Positions 13,910 to 28,975 are shown, counted from the first letter of the stretch. The stretch: 64,000 nt of DNA from the human T2T-CHM13v2.0 reference genome, Homo sapiens (GCF_009914755.1 NC_060925.1); one strand, 5' to 3'. Numbers and translations: made by a program. The notes: generated from the sequence alone by a model not told the origin.

Positions 13910-15004
13910 GTAAGGAGGTACCTCTGTGGGAAGTGCATAAATACTGTTTGAAGTAGGGCAGCTCAGGCTGGTAGAACAAAGAGCAAATTTGTGCAAGGAG
14001 AAGGGCAGAAATGTATGACTCAGGCACAGAACTAGACTAAGACACAATGAGGTTATGGTCTAGTTAGGTCTCTAGGGTTTTCCATTAAATAGCATATTAG
14101 TAAAATGGAGACAGCTGTCTGCATTGGAATACTAGCAATGTGGCTTCTATTTGTGTGTCCTTGGTCAAATTTACTTCACTTTTCTGCGTGTCATTAAACT
14201 AGGCTACCTCATTTATAAAATGCAAATACTGACAGTATCTACTTAGAGGGTTATGAAGATTAAATGCACAATTGCAAGTAGTTAGAACCATCTCTAACAC
14301 ATATAAAACTCTGAACAACTATTTTCTGTAATTATTATATTTGTCCCCATTTATAGATGTGGTGATTGTCATTAATATTTTCTATAAGAGATATTTTCAA
14401 ACTTTCCAAAGTGCCTTTCATGATAACAATGTTTCTCCTCCAAACTTTTTAAAAAAGTATTATACTAGGTGGAGTATTAACTGGTAGGGCTGTTGGGTAG
14501 ATAGATGATTGAGCAGCTGTTGTGTGGAAAATGAATTATTAATTCGCTCAGGACCAGCATTGACTATCCTTAGAGGGTTTCAGACATAAGGTAGATTGTC
14601 GCATTCGAAACTTCTTTTAATCCTTTGTTGAAATGAAATCATAGAAGCTCAAATTTGTAAAACTCACCAAAGCAGAGATATTTGATTGAAGGTGGGATAG
14701 GTCTGGAGCCCCTGTTTCTCCCCAGTATGTGTCTTTACTTCCTCTGACACTTTCTAGTAACTCTAAGAAATAGAGTTTGAAAGAGGACCTGCAGATAACT
14801 ACTTAGAAGACTGGTGGGGAGAAAATTCAAGCATTAGATGGGTTAGATGACTGTAAATGTTCAGTCTAGCTCTGGGATTACATGGTTCTAAACATTAACT
14901 GAATAACTACTTGTATGGGTACATACTACCGGGTGCTGTAAGTTGGGTAATAGGTAGCACTATCTTTAGACTCACAGAGCTCACACTCTACATTGGAACC
15001 CATG

Positions 15005-15383
15005 TGTATTAGTCCACTCTGACACTGCTATAAACATATATCTGAGATTGGTGATTTATAAAGAAAAGAGGTTTAATTGGCTCATGGTTCTGTGGGCTGT
15101 ACAGGCTTCTGCTTCTGGGCAGGCCTCAGAAAACTTACAATCATTGCAGAAGTCAAAGGGGAAGAAGGCATGGTCTTCACATGGCCAGAGCAGGAGAGAG
15201 AGAGAGAGCAAAGAGGGAGGTGCACACTTTCAAACGACCAGACCTCATGAGAACTCACTCACTATCATGAGAACAGCAAGGGGGAAATCCACCACCATGA
15301 TCCAGTCACTATCCAGCAGGTCCCTGGTTGGATTACAATCCGACATGAGATTTGAGTGGGGACACAGAGCCAAACCATATCAC
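15005..15383 (-). mobile_element. MaLR LTR (MST family)
   Basis: tgtattagtcc...ataaagaaaagaggtttaattggctcatggttctg...agccaaaccatatca. Confidence 0.85.
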
Positions 15384-15410
15384 CATGAGAAATATTTAAA
15401 CAATAATTAG

Positions 15411-15757
<347 letters not shown>

Positions 15758-16084
15758 AGAACTTTAGTTTTAACTGCCTTCTTACTGATTATAGTCTATC
15801 TTCATGTCATTCAGAAGAATACTGCCCCTCTTGACCTTTTCACTGATTTTTCTTTTTAACTTTCAATTAATACTAGAGATACCGGCCCAACAGTTTTGAA
15901 CTTGGCTTTTTTTTTTTTTTTTTTCTGCCAGTTACTGCATATGAAAAGGTACATGGGCTAAAGTGGGGAACCAAAGGGGCATCTTTTTAAAGGAAATTTA
16001 GTAAAATAACAGACAAACCCAAGGCTGCTTCTTCATTCCTTCTGCCACAGGCAAGTCACACAACTTGTACAAGAATTCATCTTG

Positions 16085-16395
16085 GGCCAGGTGCAGTGGC
16101 TCATGCCTGTAATCCCAGCAGTTTGGGACACTGAGGTGCATGAATCATTTCAGGTCAGGAGTTCAAGACTAGCCTGGCCAACATAGCAAAACCCCATCTC
16201 TACAAAAAATATATAAATTATCCTGGCATGGTGGTGGGCATCTGTAGTCCCAGCTACTTGGAAGGCTGAGGCAAGAGAATTGCTTGAACCTGGGAGGCGG
16301 AGTCAGAGGCGGAGGTTGCAGTGAACCGAGATCACATCACTGCACTCCAGCTTGGGCAACAGAGTGAGACCCTGTCTCAAAAAAAAAGAAAAAAA
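16085..16395 (+). mobile_element. Alu
   Basis: Alu consensus. TSD-like aagaattca(t/a)cttg. Confidence 0.9.
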
Positions 16396-16509
16396 GAATT
16401 CAACTTGGGAGTTCCTTACAGGGATTCTAAGAGATCTCTCCTCTGAAACTTCTATAACCTATTATTCACTACATTCCCTCATACATTTTACTCTTCTTTC
16501 CCACCTTAG

Positions 16510-16745
16510 GATACATGATCCCTTAATTCAGGCTCAGGCTGAAGAACTGACCCACTTACAACAGAAGATACAGGAAGGGAGAGGTGTCTGCTACCTTTTC
16601 ACCCAGCATGTGAAGAACACAGTCAAGTCTTTTGAGGGCCTTCTCAGGAACACTGACATTGCCTACTACCAGAGACAGAGATTCTGTGAGCAAATGGTAC
16701 AAGGAAGCCAGCTGACAGAGATCCTTGTCAGAAAACTTGCCACAG
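16510..16745 (+). pseudogene. PDE4DIP-like coiled-coil exon (236 nt)
   Basis: Bounded by ttag and gtaag. Reads IHDPLIQAQAEELTHLQQKIQEGRGVCYLFTQHVKNTVKSFEGLLRNTDIAYY, compared with PDE4DIP LIQDQARELSYLRQKIREGRGICYLITRHAKDTVKSFEDLLRSNDIDYY (recalled). Confidence 0.85.
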
Positions 16746-16933
16746 GTAAGTTGGCTACAGGCTCTGAAGACCCTTAGCTCCTCCCAAGTGCCCCAAAGTG
16801 GGGAGAAAAAATGCAAACTTATCTCCATTATAGATTTTATTTTAGTTTTGACTATGGTCCTTAATCTGCATTCTATTGTTTTCTCTTTAGAGCACTCAGG
16901 TAATCACTTTTCATATTCTTTCTAGAATTCTAA

Positions 16934-17233
<300 letters not shown>

Positions 17234-17299
17234 GAGAGTTCTTAGTTTCAATCAGTAAGAGAGGTAGAGTATAGTGGATTACTTCATCTTGATGAGCAT

Positions 17300-18950
17300 A
17301 AGAACTCACCTTCATTTCTGGAAGATGTTTTCACTGGATGTAGGATTCTAGTTGACAGTTTTTGTTTTAAAAAAGTGTTTGAAAAGTGATATTCCACTGT
17401 CTTCTGGCTTACACTGTTCCAACAAGAAGTCTGCCATAATTCTTATTTCTGTTTCTCTGTACATAATATGTCTTTTTTCTCTGGATGCTTTTGAGATTTT
17501 CTATTTATCACTCGTTTGAAGCAGTTTGATTAAGATAAGACCTTGTATAGTTTTCTCTTTTACATATTGTTCTACTTTATTTAGTTTCTTGCATCTGCAT
17601 GCTTATAGTTCTCATCAAATTTGAATAATAATGACATACATAGTCTTACCTATGGCATATACAATATATTATATTTGGCATATATACATCAAATATATAT
17701 AATGTATATTCTATTCTTTCTCTCTATCTTCTCCTTCAAAGACTCCAGTTATATTTATATTAGCTGCTTTGAAATTTTACCACAGCTGACTAATGGTCTG
17801 TTCATTTTTGTTGTATCTTTTCTTTCTCTCTGTTTCTTTCTATTTCCATGTCTTGGAATTGATTAATCTTTCTTCAGCAGCATCTAATCTGCTGTTAATC
17901 CTATCCAGTGTATTTTCATCTCAGACTTTATTTTTCATCTAAATTTAATTTATGTCTTTTTTTAAGTTCTTCTATGTAACTCTTCATCATTTCATATTTT
18001 CCTCTAGCTTCTTTATTTTATTTTATTCTATTTTTTGAGACAGAGTCTCGCTCTGTTGCCCAGGCTGAAGTGCAGTGGTGAGATTTTGGCTCACTGCAAC
18101 ATTCACCTCCTAAATTCAAGTGATTCCTGTGCCTCAGCCTCCTGAGTAGCTGGAATTACCGGCACATGCCTCCACACCCAGCTAATTTTCATATTTTTCA
18201 GAGAGACGGGGTTTCACCACATTGGCCAGGCCGATCTCAAACTCCTGACCTCATGTGACCCACATTGGCCTGGCAAAGTGCTGGGATTACAAGCATGAGC
18301 CACCACACTGGCCTAGCTTCTTTAATACAAGGTATACAGTTATATTTGTTTCAATGTGCTTATCTACAGATTCTCTCATCTGTGTCCTTTTTATTGTTTT
18401 TTAATTCTCACCTGATGTGTCCTTTCTAAGTCAGTTTAAGTAGATTGATTTTTTTCCCCCTTCTTATCATGGATTACAGTTTTCTGTTTCTCTGCATTCC
18501 TAACATTATTTTATTTGGGGTTAGACATTGAGCATTGTAACTTATTGGGTGCTGGATTTTTTTGCATTTTGTGTTAAAATTCTTTGAGCTTTGTTTTGGT
18601 ATACAATAAAGTTACTTAAAAACAATTTTCATCTCTCCAAGCTGGCTTTTTAATTTTTTTCAGGCAGCATAAGAGCAGCTATTAGTCAACTGCTATTTTT
18701 TTTCCCACTATGGAGGCAAAATGACCTTTAAGAAAATAGACCTTATTTTTTAGAGTAGTTTCAGATTCACAGCAAAATTGAGCAGGAAGTACAGAAAGTT
18801 CCCATATACCCCCTGCCTCCACACATGCATAGCCTCCTAGACTATCAACATCTCTCTCCAGAATGGCACATTTGTTACAGTTGATGAACTTACATTGACA
18901 TGTCATTATCACACAAAGTCCATAGTTTACATTGGGGGCAATACTCTTTT
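17300..18950 (-). mobile_element. Old L1 (L1M) fragments, including an Alu at about 18012-18313
   Basis: T-rich antisense L1 sequence and an L1M 3'-end motif (agcaaaattgagcaggaagtacagaaagttccc). Confidence 0.6.
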
Positions 18951-18963
18951 GAAGATTCTAAGC

Positions 18964-19315
18964 CAGTGATCTCCCACAGATTTGGCACCAGGGACTGGTT
19001 GCACGAAAGACAATTTTTCCACAGACAAGGTGGGGGTGGGGTGGTAGGGGTTGGGAATTGGGTGGTTTCAGTATGAAACTGTTCCACCTCAGATCATCAG
19101 GCACTAGTTAGAGTCTCATAAGGAGCATGCAACCTAGATCCCTGGCATGTACAGTTCACAATAGGGTTTGTGCTCCGATGCTAATCTAATGCCATCGTTG
19201 ATCTGACAGGAGGCTGAGCTCAGGCGGTAATGCTTTCTCGCTGGCTGCTCACCTCCTGCTGTGCGGTCCCATTCCTAACAGGCCATGGACCAGTGCTGGG
19301 GGTTGGGGACTCCTG
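18964..19315. mobile_element. MER1-type hAT-Charlie DNA transposon (MER1B-like)
   Basis: CAG...CTG ends. 8-bp TSD ttctaagc/ttctaacc. Internal atgaaactgttccacctcagatcatcaggc. Confidence 0.85.
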
Positions 19316-20737
19316 TTCTAACCAATGCTCCCTCTATTAAAAGGGATTTTCACACTAGCTGATGGAAACACCAAGTGTTGCAAGCTATGTGTGAGCTACA
19401 GAGATTATTCCTTTTGGGAAGTTCTTTGCCCTGCTTTGCATAATTTCCTCAAATACATGTACTAATCAGTACTTAGCTGAAGATTGAAGACAGATATCCA
19501 AGGCATTCTATCTGTGCAGCAACCTATTCTCTAGTCTGTCCTGTGATGTCTAGCCACCCTGTCTTCTTCAAAGTTACTACCAGGCTCTGCCTGGGTCCTC
19601 CCTCCCTGCTCTACAGTTGACAATCTCAGGCAGCAAACTGGAGCAATCATAGGGCTCACCTCTTTTATTTATTATAGTACTGCACTATATCCAATGTTGA
19701 AGATAGAGTTTAAAATACTTTTTCCAGTTTCTCAGTTGTTTAAGGTGGAGGACAAATCAGGTCCCCATTACTCCAAATTGGCCAGAAGCAGAAGTCTCCA
19801 TTCCATCTTTGTGGTCAGAAAGAACAGTATGACAGAAGGCAGCTTGTTAGAATGGGAAGACCCATGGGCTAAGAATCAGCATTACCTAGGCTCTAGTCTC
19901 AGCACTGTATTTACTAACTTTGTGCAAGTGATTGATCCTTCTTGAATTTCTGTTTCCCCATTTGTAAAGTGGGTCAAATCATAATTCCAAGGCTGCTGTA
20001 CAGATCAGTTGAAGTAGTATCTTAATGTTCATGAGTGTATTTCTCTTTCAGGGTTATTTATTTTTTTATTTTTGGGTCCCAATAAACCGTCCAAATCTTT
20101 TGGGGTTAGTTCAGGCACTGTATATAGTAGAAGCTGGTGTTAGAAAAGTTGATTTATACTGGAATATTTTTCACAGAATCAACCCCAATGCTCACTAACA
20201 AACTGAGAAGAAAAAAAAGAATTACCCCCAACAACATCTGAGGAAGCACAACAGGGACAGACTTGAAGGCACCTGGGCAGTCCTCTGGTTTTGGAGTAGA
20301 GGTAGGACAGGGCTATTTGTCCTCTCAGAGACTGGAGCAGGTTCTGTGTGTGAGTAGCAATGGGACAAACAGTCGTGGTCTGGCAACCAGCCTGTAGCAG
20401 GAAGGAAGGTTACAACTGGAGAAGTCCAAAGGGCAGCCAGGCAAGTATTCTTTGAGCTGGGGAACAAAAGGCATTTAAAACTTTTTGCTCTGCTTCAGGC
20501 AGCTGACGTCTGGTGATGATTCACCATATCAGGAACACCCTGTCCAGTGGGCTAAGGCAAGCCTGCCAGGCCACTTCTCTAAAGACACAACCTGAGGCCT
20601 CCTGCAATAATTCTCACAGAGCATTCTGAACATACATGTAAGCTGTTATGTCCCTGATCATATAGGGCCCATGTGTGCAATGTGTGAAATGGGACCTGCT
20701 TAATTTCTGACTAGCTCTTTCTAATTTTGGTTTGCAG

Positions 20738-20789
20738 AAAATCACAATGGTAAGAAAAATGAAGACAGGCAAAAGCCACTGGCTCCCAG
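20738..20789 (+). pseudogene. Olduvai/DUF1220 small exon (52 nt)
   Basis: Bounded by tttgcag and gtaact. Reads ENHNGKKNEDRQKPLAPR, with the characteristic size and APR-like end. Confidence 0.8.
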
Positions 20790-21616
20790 GTAACTCTACA
20801 TGATGAAGGGGCTGATAATGGACTGACCAAATCTAGAGAGAATTCCAGAAGCAAGGACTCAAGAGGTTAAAGGTCCCAGATCTAGAAAAAGCAGAAACTG
20901 CTGATTGTTCCTTTTTTTGTTGACTGATTATACAATGTGTCCTTTTAAAAATGGTTCTCTGTTCTCTTTGCAGTTTTTGTATTGGTTCCTAGTTCCTAGT
21001 AATTTCTCACACTTAGTTAACCAGTCAGTCTTACCGAAAAGTAAACTAACCAGGGATCCCTGGTTTCTGTATCTTTAAAACCTATAGGGTTACAAACCAA
21101 AGTGAGATGCCTATCTGGTTTCTGCACAGTTGTCCTGAATTATGTTGGCAGATATTTTATAGCCAGAAATTTACCTTGAAAAATAAATTGAAACCATACC
21201 AAGTATTTAGAGCTAGGGGTCTAAAATCTGCAAAAGCCGTGGGAGGTTGTGTTGTCTCAAGAGCCAGTATTCAGTGGACCACTCCACATCATATTAAATA
21301 AAATTTAAACACAGCATTTTGAAGCCGACAGTATGGGTCACTGTGTGTCCTGTGTGCCGTGAGCGTATTGTAGAGTAGTTGTTGAGTCTGCTGCCTTATC
21401 TGTGTGTTATGAGGTCAATGCACTGATCACTTGCTTTTTTCACTTCTATACTAACTCTAGGCACACTTTACTCCCAGTCAAAAGTGGACTGTATACTTCC
21501 TCTTTGATGTGATGGTCCCTTTGGTTTTGGTGCCTCTTCCATGAGCTTCAGATCAGAACTAGCTATGTGGTTCCAGGCTGCCTTGGTTTAATCCCTTGTC
21601 TTGCCTACTTCACCTG

Positions 21617-21780
21617 GCTCAAGAGGGAAGTCCAGGAGGAAGAAATGGATGAAGTCCTGGAGTACTCACTAGATGAACAGTATTTGACTCATTCCAGCTG
21701 CCATGACTCCCACCAGCTTCCCAGCAGCAATGCCTTCCTCTTTGATGCACAGGAAGGCCCCTCGGCTGTGGAAACAGCCA
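21617..21780 (+). pseudogene. Olduvai/DUF1220 large exon (164 nt) with mutated acceptor
   Basis: Reads RLKREVQEEEMDEVLEYSLDEQYLTHSSCHDSHQLPSS. Donor gtaagt at 21781. The acceptor reads TG at 21615-21616. Confidence 0.85.
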
Positions 21781-22180
21781 GTAAGTGCTCCTTTGATAAG
21801 AAAAATAAAGCTCCATCAATCTCTCAGTAGCTCCTACATTCTACATGCTCACCACCTCTGTCTAAACTGAGAGATGTTATTCTCTGCAGGCAGGCCCTAA
21901 ACATTCACTTTAAAAAAGTGATTAGGCTGAACACAGCTCTGGGATCAACTCTCAAGTACAGGTCCCTGGTGTGTCAGGTAATTTGCTCTGTTCCTGTCCT
22001 CACCTCAGTCCCTCTGGTCCAGACCGGCATCTGCAAGCCGGTATACTCAAAGCAGGCCAGAATGGAGAGAGTGAAGAGATTATGGCAGACTCTCTGCCAC
22101 TACTGCCGCGCATGTACAAATCTGTTTAACAGATCTTCTTCTTTAAAATGGGACATCTCATCTTTCCTGAAATATATATA

Positions 22181-22470
22181 TTTTTTGAGACAGGGTCTCT
22201 TGTTCTGTCACCCAGGCTAGAGTGCAGTGGCATGATCTTGGCTCACCACAACCTAAAACCCAGGGTCAAATGACCCTCCCACCTCAGCCTCCTGAGTAGC
22301 TGAAAACACAGATGCATGCCACTACTCCTGGCTATTTTTTTTGCCTTTTTGGTAGAGATGGGTTCTTGCCTTTTTGCCCAGGCTGGCCTCAAACTCCTGA
22401 GCTCAAGCAATTCACCCACCCCTGCCTCCCAAAGTGCTGGGATTACAGATGTGAGCCACTGCACCCAGCC
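22181..22470 (-). mobile_element. Alu (AluJ-like)
   Basis: Alu consensus. Confidence 0.9.
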
Positions 22471-22759
22471 TTCCTGAAATACTCTTGATAATTATAGTTC
22501 CTGAACAGCTTTCCCAAGCTGTTCTAGCCATCCCAAGAATGTTGGCAGGCTTGTCCATATGTTTGGAGGTGCAATTATAATGGTTCCTGGGTTTCAAGCT
22601 CCAGTCTCCATCTCCCCTCAGATGCTTGCTTTCCCATAAGGTTCCATCTGACTACTGGAATATCAGGGGATTTCCATAAAGACAAGACTTTGATCTTGGC
22701 AACCCTTTGGTAAATAGCCAGGGTTCTCAATCTTTGTGCAGCACCAAGGTATTTTTAAG

Positions 22760-22906
22760 ATGTCTGTTAGTTTCGTCTCAGTGTTGTAATTCCATCTAAA
22801 TAAACAATGAGGCTATCTGCTGGAGAAAAGGCTGAATCTAAGAGCAATGCCGCCAGCATGCCCTCTTCCCAGAATAACTCCACGCTAGCCATTGGAGCTT
22901 CATTAG
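22760..22906 (+). pseudogene. Decayed PDE4DIP-like exon
   Basis: Bounded by tttaag and gtatat. Reads SAGEKAESKSNAASMPSSQN, compared with PDE4DIP SQGAKAESNSNPISLPTPQN (recalled). Two in-frame stops. Confidence 0.55.
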
Positions 22907-23267
22907 GTATATAAGAGCCCTTTGGTTTGGTAGCCTCTCTGGTGTGTGTATAGATTAAAACCTTGACCTATATCTCCTCTCCCTTACTTGAATGTTTGAC
23001 TTTACTTTGGGGGCAAAAGTTTGGATTGTTAGGAGACTATATGCTTTATATACTCTTCTATGCAATAAAAAGAGATTATATTAATTCACTCATTGAGCTT
23101 TCACAGTAATATAAACCATATTAGGCTTGTCATTCTGTCAGTGATGGGTGTAAGTTTGTGGCTTTAATTAGTCATACCATCTTCTGACAAAGGCATCCTT
23201 ATTTCTCTTTCCAATTTCACAGTAATGGTGCAGAAGAAGGTCTTTACCATCTGTTAAAGATGTTCAG

Positions 23268-23570
23268 GGCCGGGCATGGTGGCCCACACCTATAATCCCA
23301 GCCCTTTGGGAGGCCTAGGTGGGTGGATCACTTGAGATCAGGAGTTCAAGACCAGCCCGGCCAACATGCTGAAACCCTGTCTCTACTAAAAATGCAAAAA
23401 TTAGCCAAGCATAGTGGTGCACGCCTGTAGTCTCAGTCACTTGGGAGGCTGAGGCATGAGAATCCTTTGAACCTGGGAGACGGAGGTTGCACTGAGCCAA
23501 GATGGTGCCTCTGCACTCCAGCTTGGGTGACAGAATGAGACTCTGTCAAAAAACAACAACAAAAACAAAA
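23268..23570 (+). mobile_element. Alu
   Basis: Alu consensus. TSD-like atgttcagg. Confidence 0.9.
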
Positions 23571-23946
23571 TATGTTCAGGAGAGATATTTTGTAGAGAGG
23601 AAGATATTCCCTAGTACCTATAAGTCATCTCAAGGAAGTGGTCATACCTTTTCTAGTGCTAGAAAAGCCCTACTCAGAGACCTTCAGTGTTTTCCCACCT
23701 CCTGTCAACCTGCCTTATACTTCCCATATCTCCATGTGGGAGGCATCCCTGTGGAGTTTGCTTAGCACTTGGCCATGCTTTCTTTGAAACCTTAAAAGCT
23801 CTTAAAGAAAGTTGCCTTATGTTCCCTGATGAGAAGATGAAGTTGGCAAAAGAATGGTGAAAGGCAGGGATCTTGACGAGAGGCCCCTGACTATCCCTTT
23901 AGTGATCAGCATCTTCACTTCCCATCTCATTCCATGTCCTGGTGGA

Positions 23947-24064
23947 ATGGCTGCAGAAGATGAGATCCAGAGCCAGTGGCAGCACCTGAAGGAGACCCTT
24001 TTCATCAACAACTGCCTGTGAGAAAAGCTAGAACGTCATCACAGCAGCTTTGATGAAGAAAATG
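23947..24064 (+). pseudogene. Decayed PDE4DIP-like exon, 3' part
   Basis: Reads EIQSQWQHLKETLFINNCL*EKLERH, compared with PDE4DIP EIRNLRQRLEESICINDRLREQLEHR. TGA at 24019. Donor gtagga. Confidence 0.65.
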
Positions 24065-24843
24065 GTAGGAGAGGCCCAAGTCAGCCTGCTTCTGGCAATA
24101 TGTATTTTTCTAAAGGCGTGTGACTGGGGCAGAGTTTTATAGATTTCAAACACTTTGACATACTTTACTTCACTTATTCATTACAAATGTCCCAGCTAGA
24201 GAGGCAGGGCAGCTACTATCATTCCTATTTATAGGTAAATAAATAGGCTTAAAGATATGCCTTCATCTTAGAGGTATCTACTTCTAAAATCATTCTTGTG
24301 ATTCCTAAGCTGTCTGCTGTCTTCTGTCTGCTGCTGTACACTGCCTGCTGTCTCTCTGCTTCTTATGTGATTGGCATTCAGTAGAACCCAGGTTTCTGAG
24401 CACCTCACATAGCAGAATGAGTCTCCTCTACTGCCATCCTCATCAGCTTCCCTTATGTCTTGGTGACTCTTCATTCTACCACCCCAAGGTGGTTCTCTCC
24501 AACCCCCCTCCTCTTAGATTGTTCTCACACAGAGGCCATCATTTCATAACATTGTGCTGGGCCAGAAGAACCATAAGCAGGTCCCTTCCCATACCAAAGC
24601 CGTAACTATTTTGGAAAAGCCTCCTTCATATTGCAGCCATTGGACATGATAATACATGTGATGTGCTGGCATTTGTTGAGAATCATGTGAAAATTAAGCT
24701 TCCACCCCATCACACTAACGTTCCAGCCCTCCACGGTTTTCTCCCTAGGCTAAGATAGAGAGGAAGAACATGAAATGTGCAGAAAGCATTCTCTTAAGCA
24801 AACGTGTATAACTTGCATAAATTGTAATAATTTCCTGGAACAG

Positions 24844-24965
24844 GATGCACCTCTAACCTCTACAGGCAAATCATAGATTCCATTGTCCAGCTGTATAATG
24901 AAAACAGAGTTCTCAGAGAAGAATACCGGAGACTCTCCCGACTTGCCTGAATCAAATTTCCAGAG
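24844..24965 (+). pseudogene. Decayed PDE4DIP-like exon
   Basis: Reads GCTSNLYRQIIDSIVQLYNENRVLREEYRRL, compared with PDE4DIP GSTSNFYSQGLESIPQLCNENRVLREDNRRL. Frameshift near the end. Donor gtaagt. Confidence 0.7.
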
Positions 24966-25276
24966 GTAAGTGGTGAAAGGCCACAATATGAAGTCACTCT
25001 CAGATGGGTCCCTTCTCTTGCCACACTCCACTGTAGAAATAAAAGAGGACGGGGAGGCCAGAGCTGCTCAAAACCTTATAACCCACAATTCTCATAGCTA
25101 TTCTCAACTTAGAGAGGGCTGCTTTCTAGACACACCCCCTCCAGGCCCCCAGACTGCCAGGCTCCAGGAATAAGTAGCTCTAAGAAATACAGTATTTCGG
25201 TGCGAGCCACACCCCACTCTTGCAAATTGGAGAAGAGAAGGACAAACTTAAAAGGTGAAAAGATTTAACAGAACAA

Positions 25277-25498
25277 CAGGGTGAAACCCCATCTCTAATA
25301 AAAATACAAAACTTAGCTGGGCGTGGTGGCATGCACCTGTAGTCCCAGCTACTCAGGAGGCTGAGGCAGGAGAATCATTTCAACCCAGGAGGCAGACGTT
25401 GCAGCGAGCCAAATTTGCGCCACTGCATTCTAGCCTGAGTGACAGAGCATGATTCCATCTCAAAAAAAAAAAGAAAAAAAAAAAGAAAAGAAAGACAG
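25277..25498 (+). mobile_element. 5'-truncated Alu
   Basis: TSD aaaagatttaa(c/g)agaacaa. Confidence 0.9.
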
Positions 25499-27022
25499 AA
25501 AAGATTTAAGAGAACAATTATTTTAATTGAATACATTTTGTCAAGATTAAATCAACTTTCCCCTAGAATACTGAAAGAATAAGCAATCATAATTTAGATT
25601 CTAAGTTACTGGCCTTTGAGAAAGTGTGAAATCCAAAAAGATGCCGTGAGCCAAAAAAGAGCAAAAGTCCTAATTTTCAAACTTATGAAAATAAAGTACT
25701 AAATAATTGAAATCGTCGTAGTTCATCTTGGTCCTTGGCAAAATAAAAATTTATTGATTGAAATTATAATATACTAGCTACCTTATCGTGCCTAGCTCTT
25801 ACCACTGAGGAGAAAAACCAAACGCAAACAAAAGTATGTTCAAATTGGCAAAAATGTTTACAAACCTGCAAAATCTCTTCAGCCTATCCCTTAAACTGCA
25901 GACTTGGTATTTACTAAGCTCTGCTGTGTACAATACCCACCTTAATATCCATTCTTGCACAAGTTCTGTTAGGTATAAGCCAAAATCACATGGGATTTTT
26001 TTTTTTTACCCTCTCATGCCTATGTTTGCTTTTGCTTCCAAAGACCCTTCTGAGTAAGGACTGTCCTCAGACTACTGGAGTCACTTAGTCACAAGCTTGC
26101 CTGAGGCTCAGAGCTGGCAATACCTGGTAGTTTATGTCAATCCCACATGCAACCCTGCCTGCAAAGTATTTACCCATGATTGACAGGTGCAGGTGTATGA
26201 AAGCCCAGCTCCTTGACTTGAGGGGTGCGTTTGTGGTGAATTAGCTTTGGGAAAAGGGAATCCAGAGGCCAACTTTGTAAAAATCCAGATAGGTAAATGG
26301 AGAGAAATCTTTGCCTTGGAAGTCCAGTTGAGAAAGATAGTGATTTACTTCGGACTGTGAAAAGAGAGACTAAAATCTTTACTTTCTCATGGGAAAGAAG
26401 CCTATGGTGAAAGAGAAAGAAAGAAAATGGTGGGAAATAGGGTAGGTCTACTCAGTAGCTTTAAACCATTCTGTCATATTATAAAGCCTAGTAAGGTTTT
26501 AACTAACACAAGTGCCTGGACTCTACACATAGAGATTCTGATTTAAATGCTTCCAGGTGGGTGGAAGACACTAGTAGTCTTAAAATGCTCCCAAGTAATT
26601 TTAACATGTAGCTAAAGATGAAAAGGACAATCTATCTACTAGAATGTCAAGTCGCCAGCATAGGAGTGTCCCAAATGTGCAGCTACCTCATAGAAAAGGC
26701 TTAACCCCACCCATTGATGGAATTTGCCTTCCTCTCTCCATGGTCTTGTTTGCATAGCATGGAAAAAAAGAGAAGAGAAAAAGAGGTAGACGGATAGATT
26801 GAACCTATAATTTGCCTATGTGGAGCAGTTTCTCAAACTTTTCTGACCACAAGATGCAGTGAGAAATACACAATTCTTTGTGATCAGTTTTTAAAAAATC
26901 TTTTATTATGTGTAATCCACCCTTCCTAGTATTTAAATAAAGCCTGTAGTAGTAAGCAGTCCACTATATTGATTTCACAACCCATAAGTTGTTCAGAATT
27001 GCAATTAGAAAATTTTTAATTT

Positions 27023-27370
<348 letters not shown>

Positions 27371-28975
27371 ATTTTTTTTTCACTTTTGCTCAGCCTTTTT
27401 ATCAAGGAAAATCCCAAAAGAACATTTACTGTAAAAGAACATTGACTATAAACATCTTTCTGTGAATCCTTATTTCTGTCCCAGCCACCATGACCCAATA
27501 ATCTCTAAAACCTGTTAGTGTTCTCCAGATTGAAGCCTTCCCTCTAACTGCTCCTAAATCTGTGATGTAGTGGAAAAGGTTTGAGGCCTTGATTCTCATC
27601 CTGGGTTTTTCACCTACAGATCATATGGCCTTAGCCTCTTGACACCATTGTCTCCTTATGGCCAAAGATGGAACTGTACTTGGGTGGTATCTGAGCACCC
27701 TGTTGGCTTTGACATTCTAGGGCTCTTCCCTTGGCACCACTCTCTTATTTAAAAGGAATAGGATGTGGACTTAGAAGGGTTATTTCTCTGCAAACTATCC
27801 TCTCTTTCTTATGACAAGCTATTTCTGAATGTGCACATTTGAGGCTAAGCAAATCCCTTCCTGGGAGGTGTGAAAGACCTTTATTTCTCTCCAGAGGAGT
27901 ATTATGGATGTGGTAGAGACCTAGCTAACTCATCTGCAGCGGCTTTGAGCAAGGCTTTTAGAACCATAAGGTGGCTGGGGTCCTGTGTCCTACACCACAG
28001 GCCAGCTAGTTCATTTCAGGAGACTTTCTTTTCAATCTATTATTACTATCTTCTTCTAGACTGTAGTTCACTACCAGAGATTATCCACTTAGCTGCACTC
28101 AGTTTGCACCTGGCCTGTATCACCACTTAGCTCTCACTCTAGCCTCAGTTAGGTATCAGCAAGACCTCACCAAAGATTATTGTTTCGTTGTATGTGCGTG
28201 TGTGTTTTTGTTTGTTTCAAGTAGCAACTAATGTTGGAACTATGGAAAGTTCTTCTCTACTTTTAACAAAGCTTAGTCACAAACAGTTCCCCAGTTGATG
28301 AGAAAAACTAAAACAACAGAACAATTGAAAGTCCAAATCTGAAAGCTCCATCTCTGAAAAGCAAATTTTATAGCCACTCCAGATTTGTATTCCAAATGGA
28401 CAGTTTGATTGTAGAAATCACATCCCTTCAGTCTGCAAATGTGATAACTGCCCAAGAGACAATGATGCCTAGATCCATAAATAATCCCCTTTCCCCCAAC
28501 CTATATATAACTGGAGTCAACAGCAGCTAGAGGAAAATGGCAAGGACTTGGAATCAAGATTAAGTTAGAATAACACTGCTGTAGACTGTTTATCAGCTCT
28601 TCAGCATATGTCCACTTTCCTTGAAGGATAAGCCTTTAGAAACCTCTGACAATAAAGTTTATTTTACACACATTCTCTTGCCTATGATTTTTTTGTACAA
28701 ATCACAATTACAAAACTTTCTTGCTCCAGCTAAAAGCAGGAAACTCAGTCACAAATGTGTTCACTACATGTATACCACAGAATGATAGCAGCCAGTCTGA
28801 ATGCATCACTTGATTCCAAAATTAAATGTTAGCACTCAGTAGTGAAACTACATGTATCTCCAACTCTGGAAGCCCCAGGCAAGATACTCCTGTTTCCTGC
28901 AGGGAAACAGATCTATAAGCAGGGCAGCAGTCTCACACATGTACATTCCTGGGAAACCCAAGGAAACAATGATAG

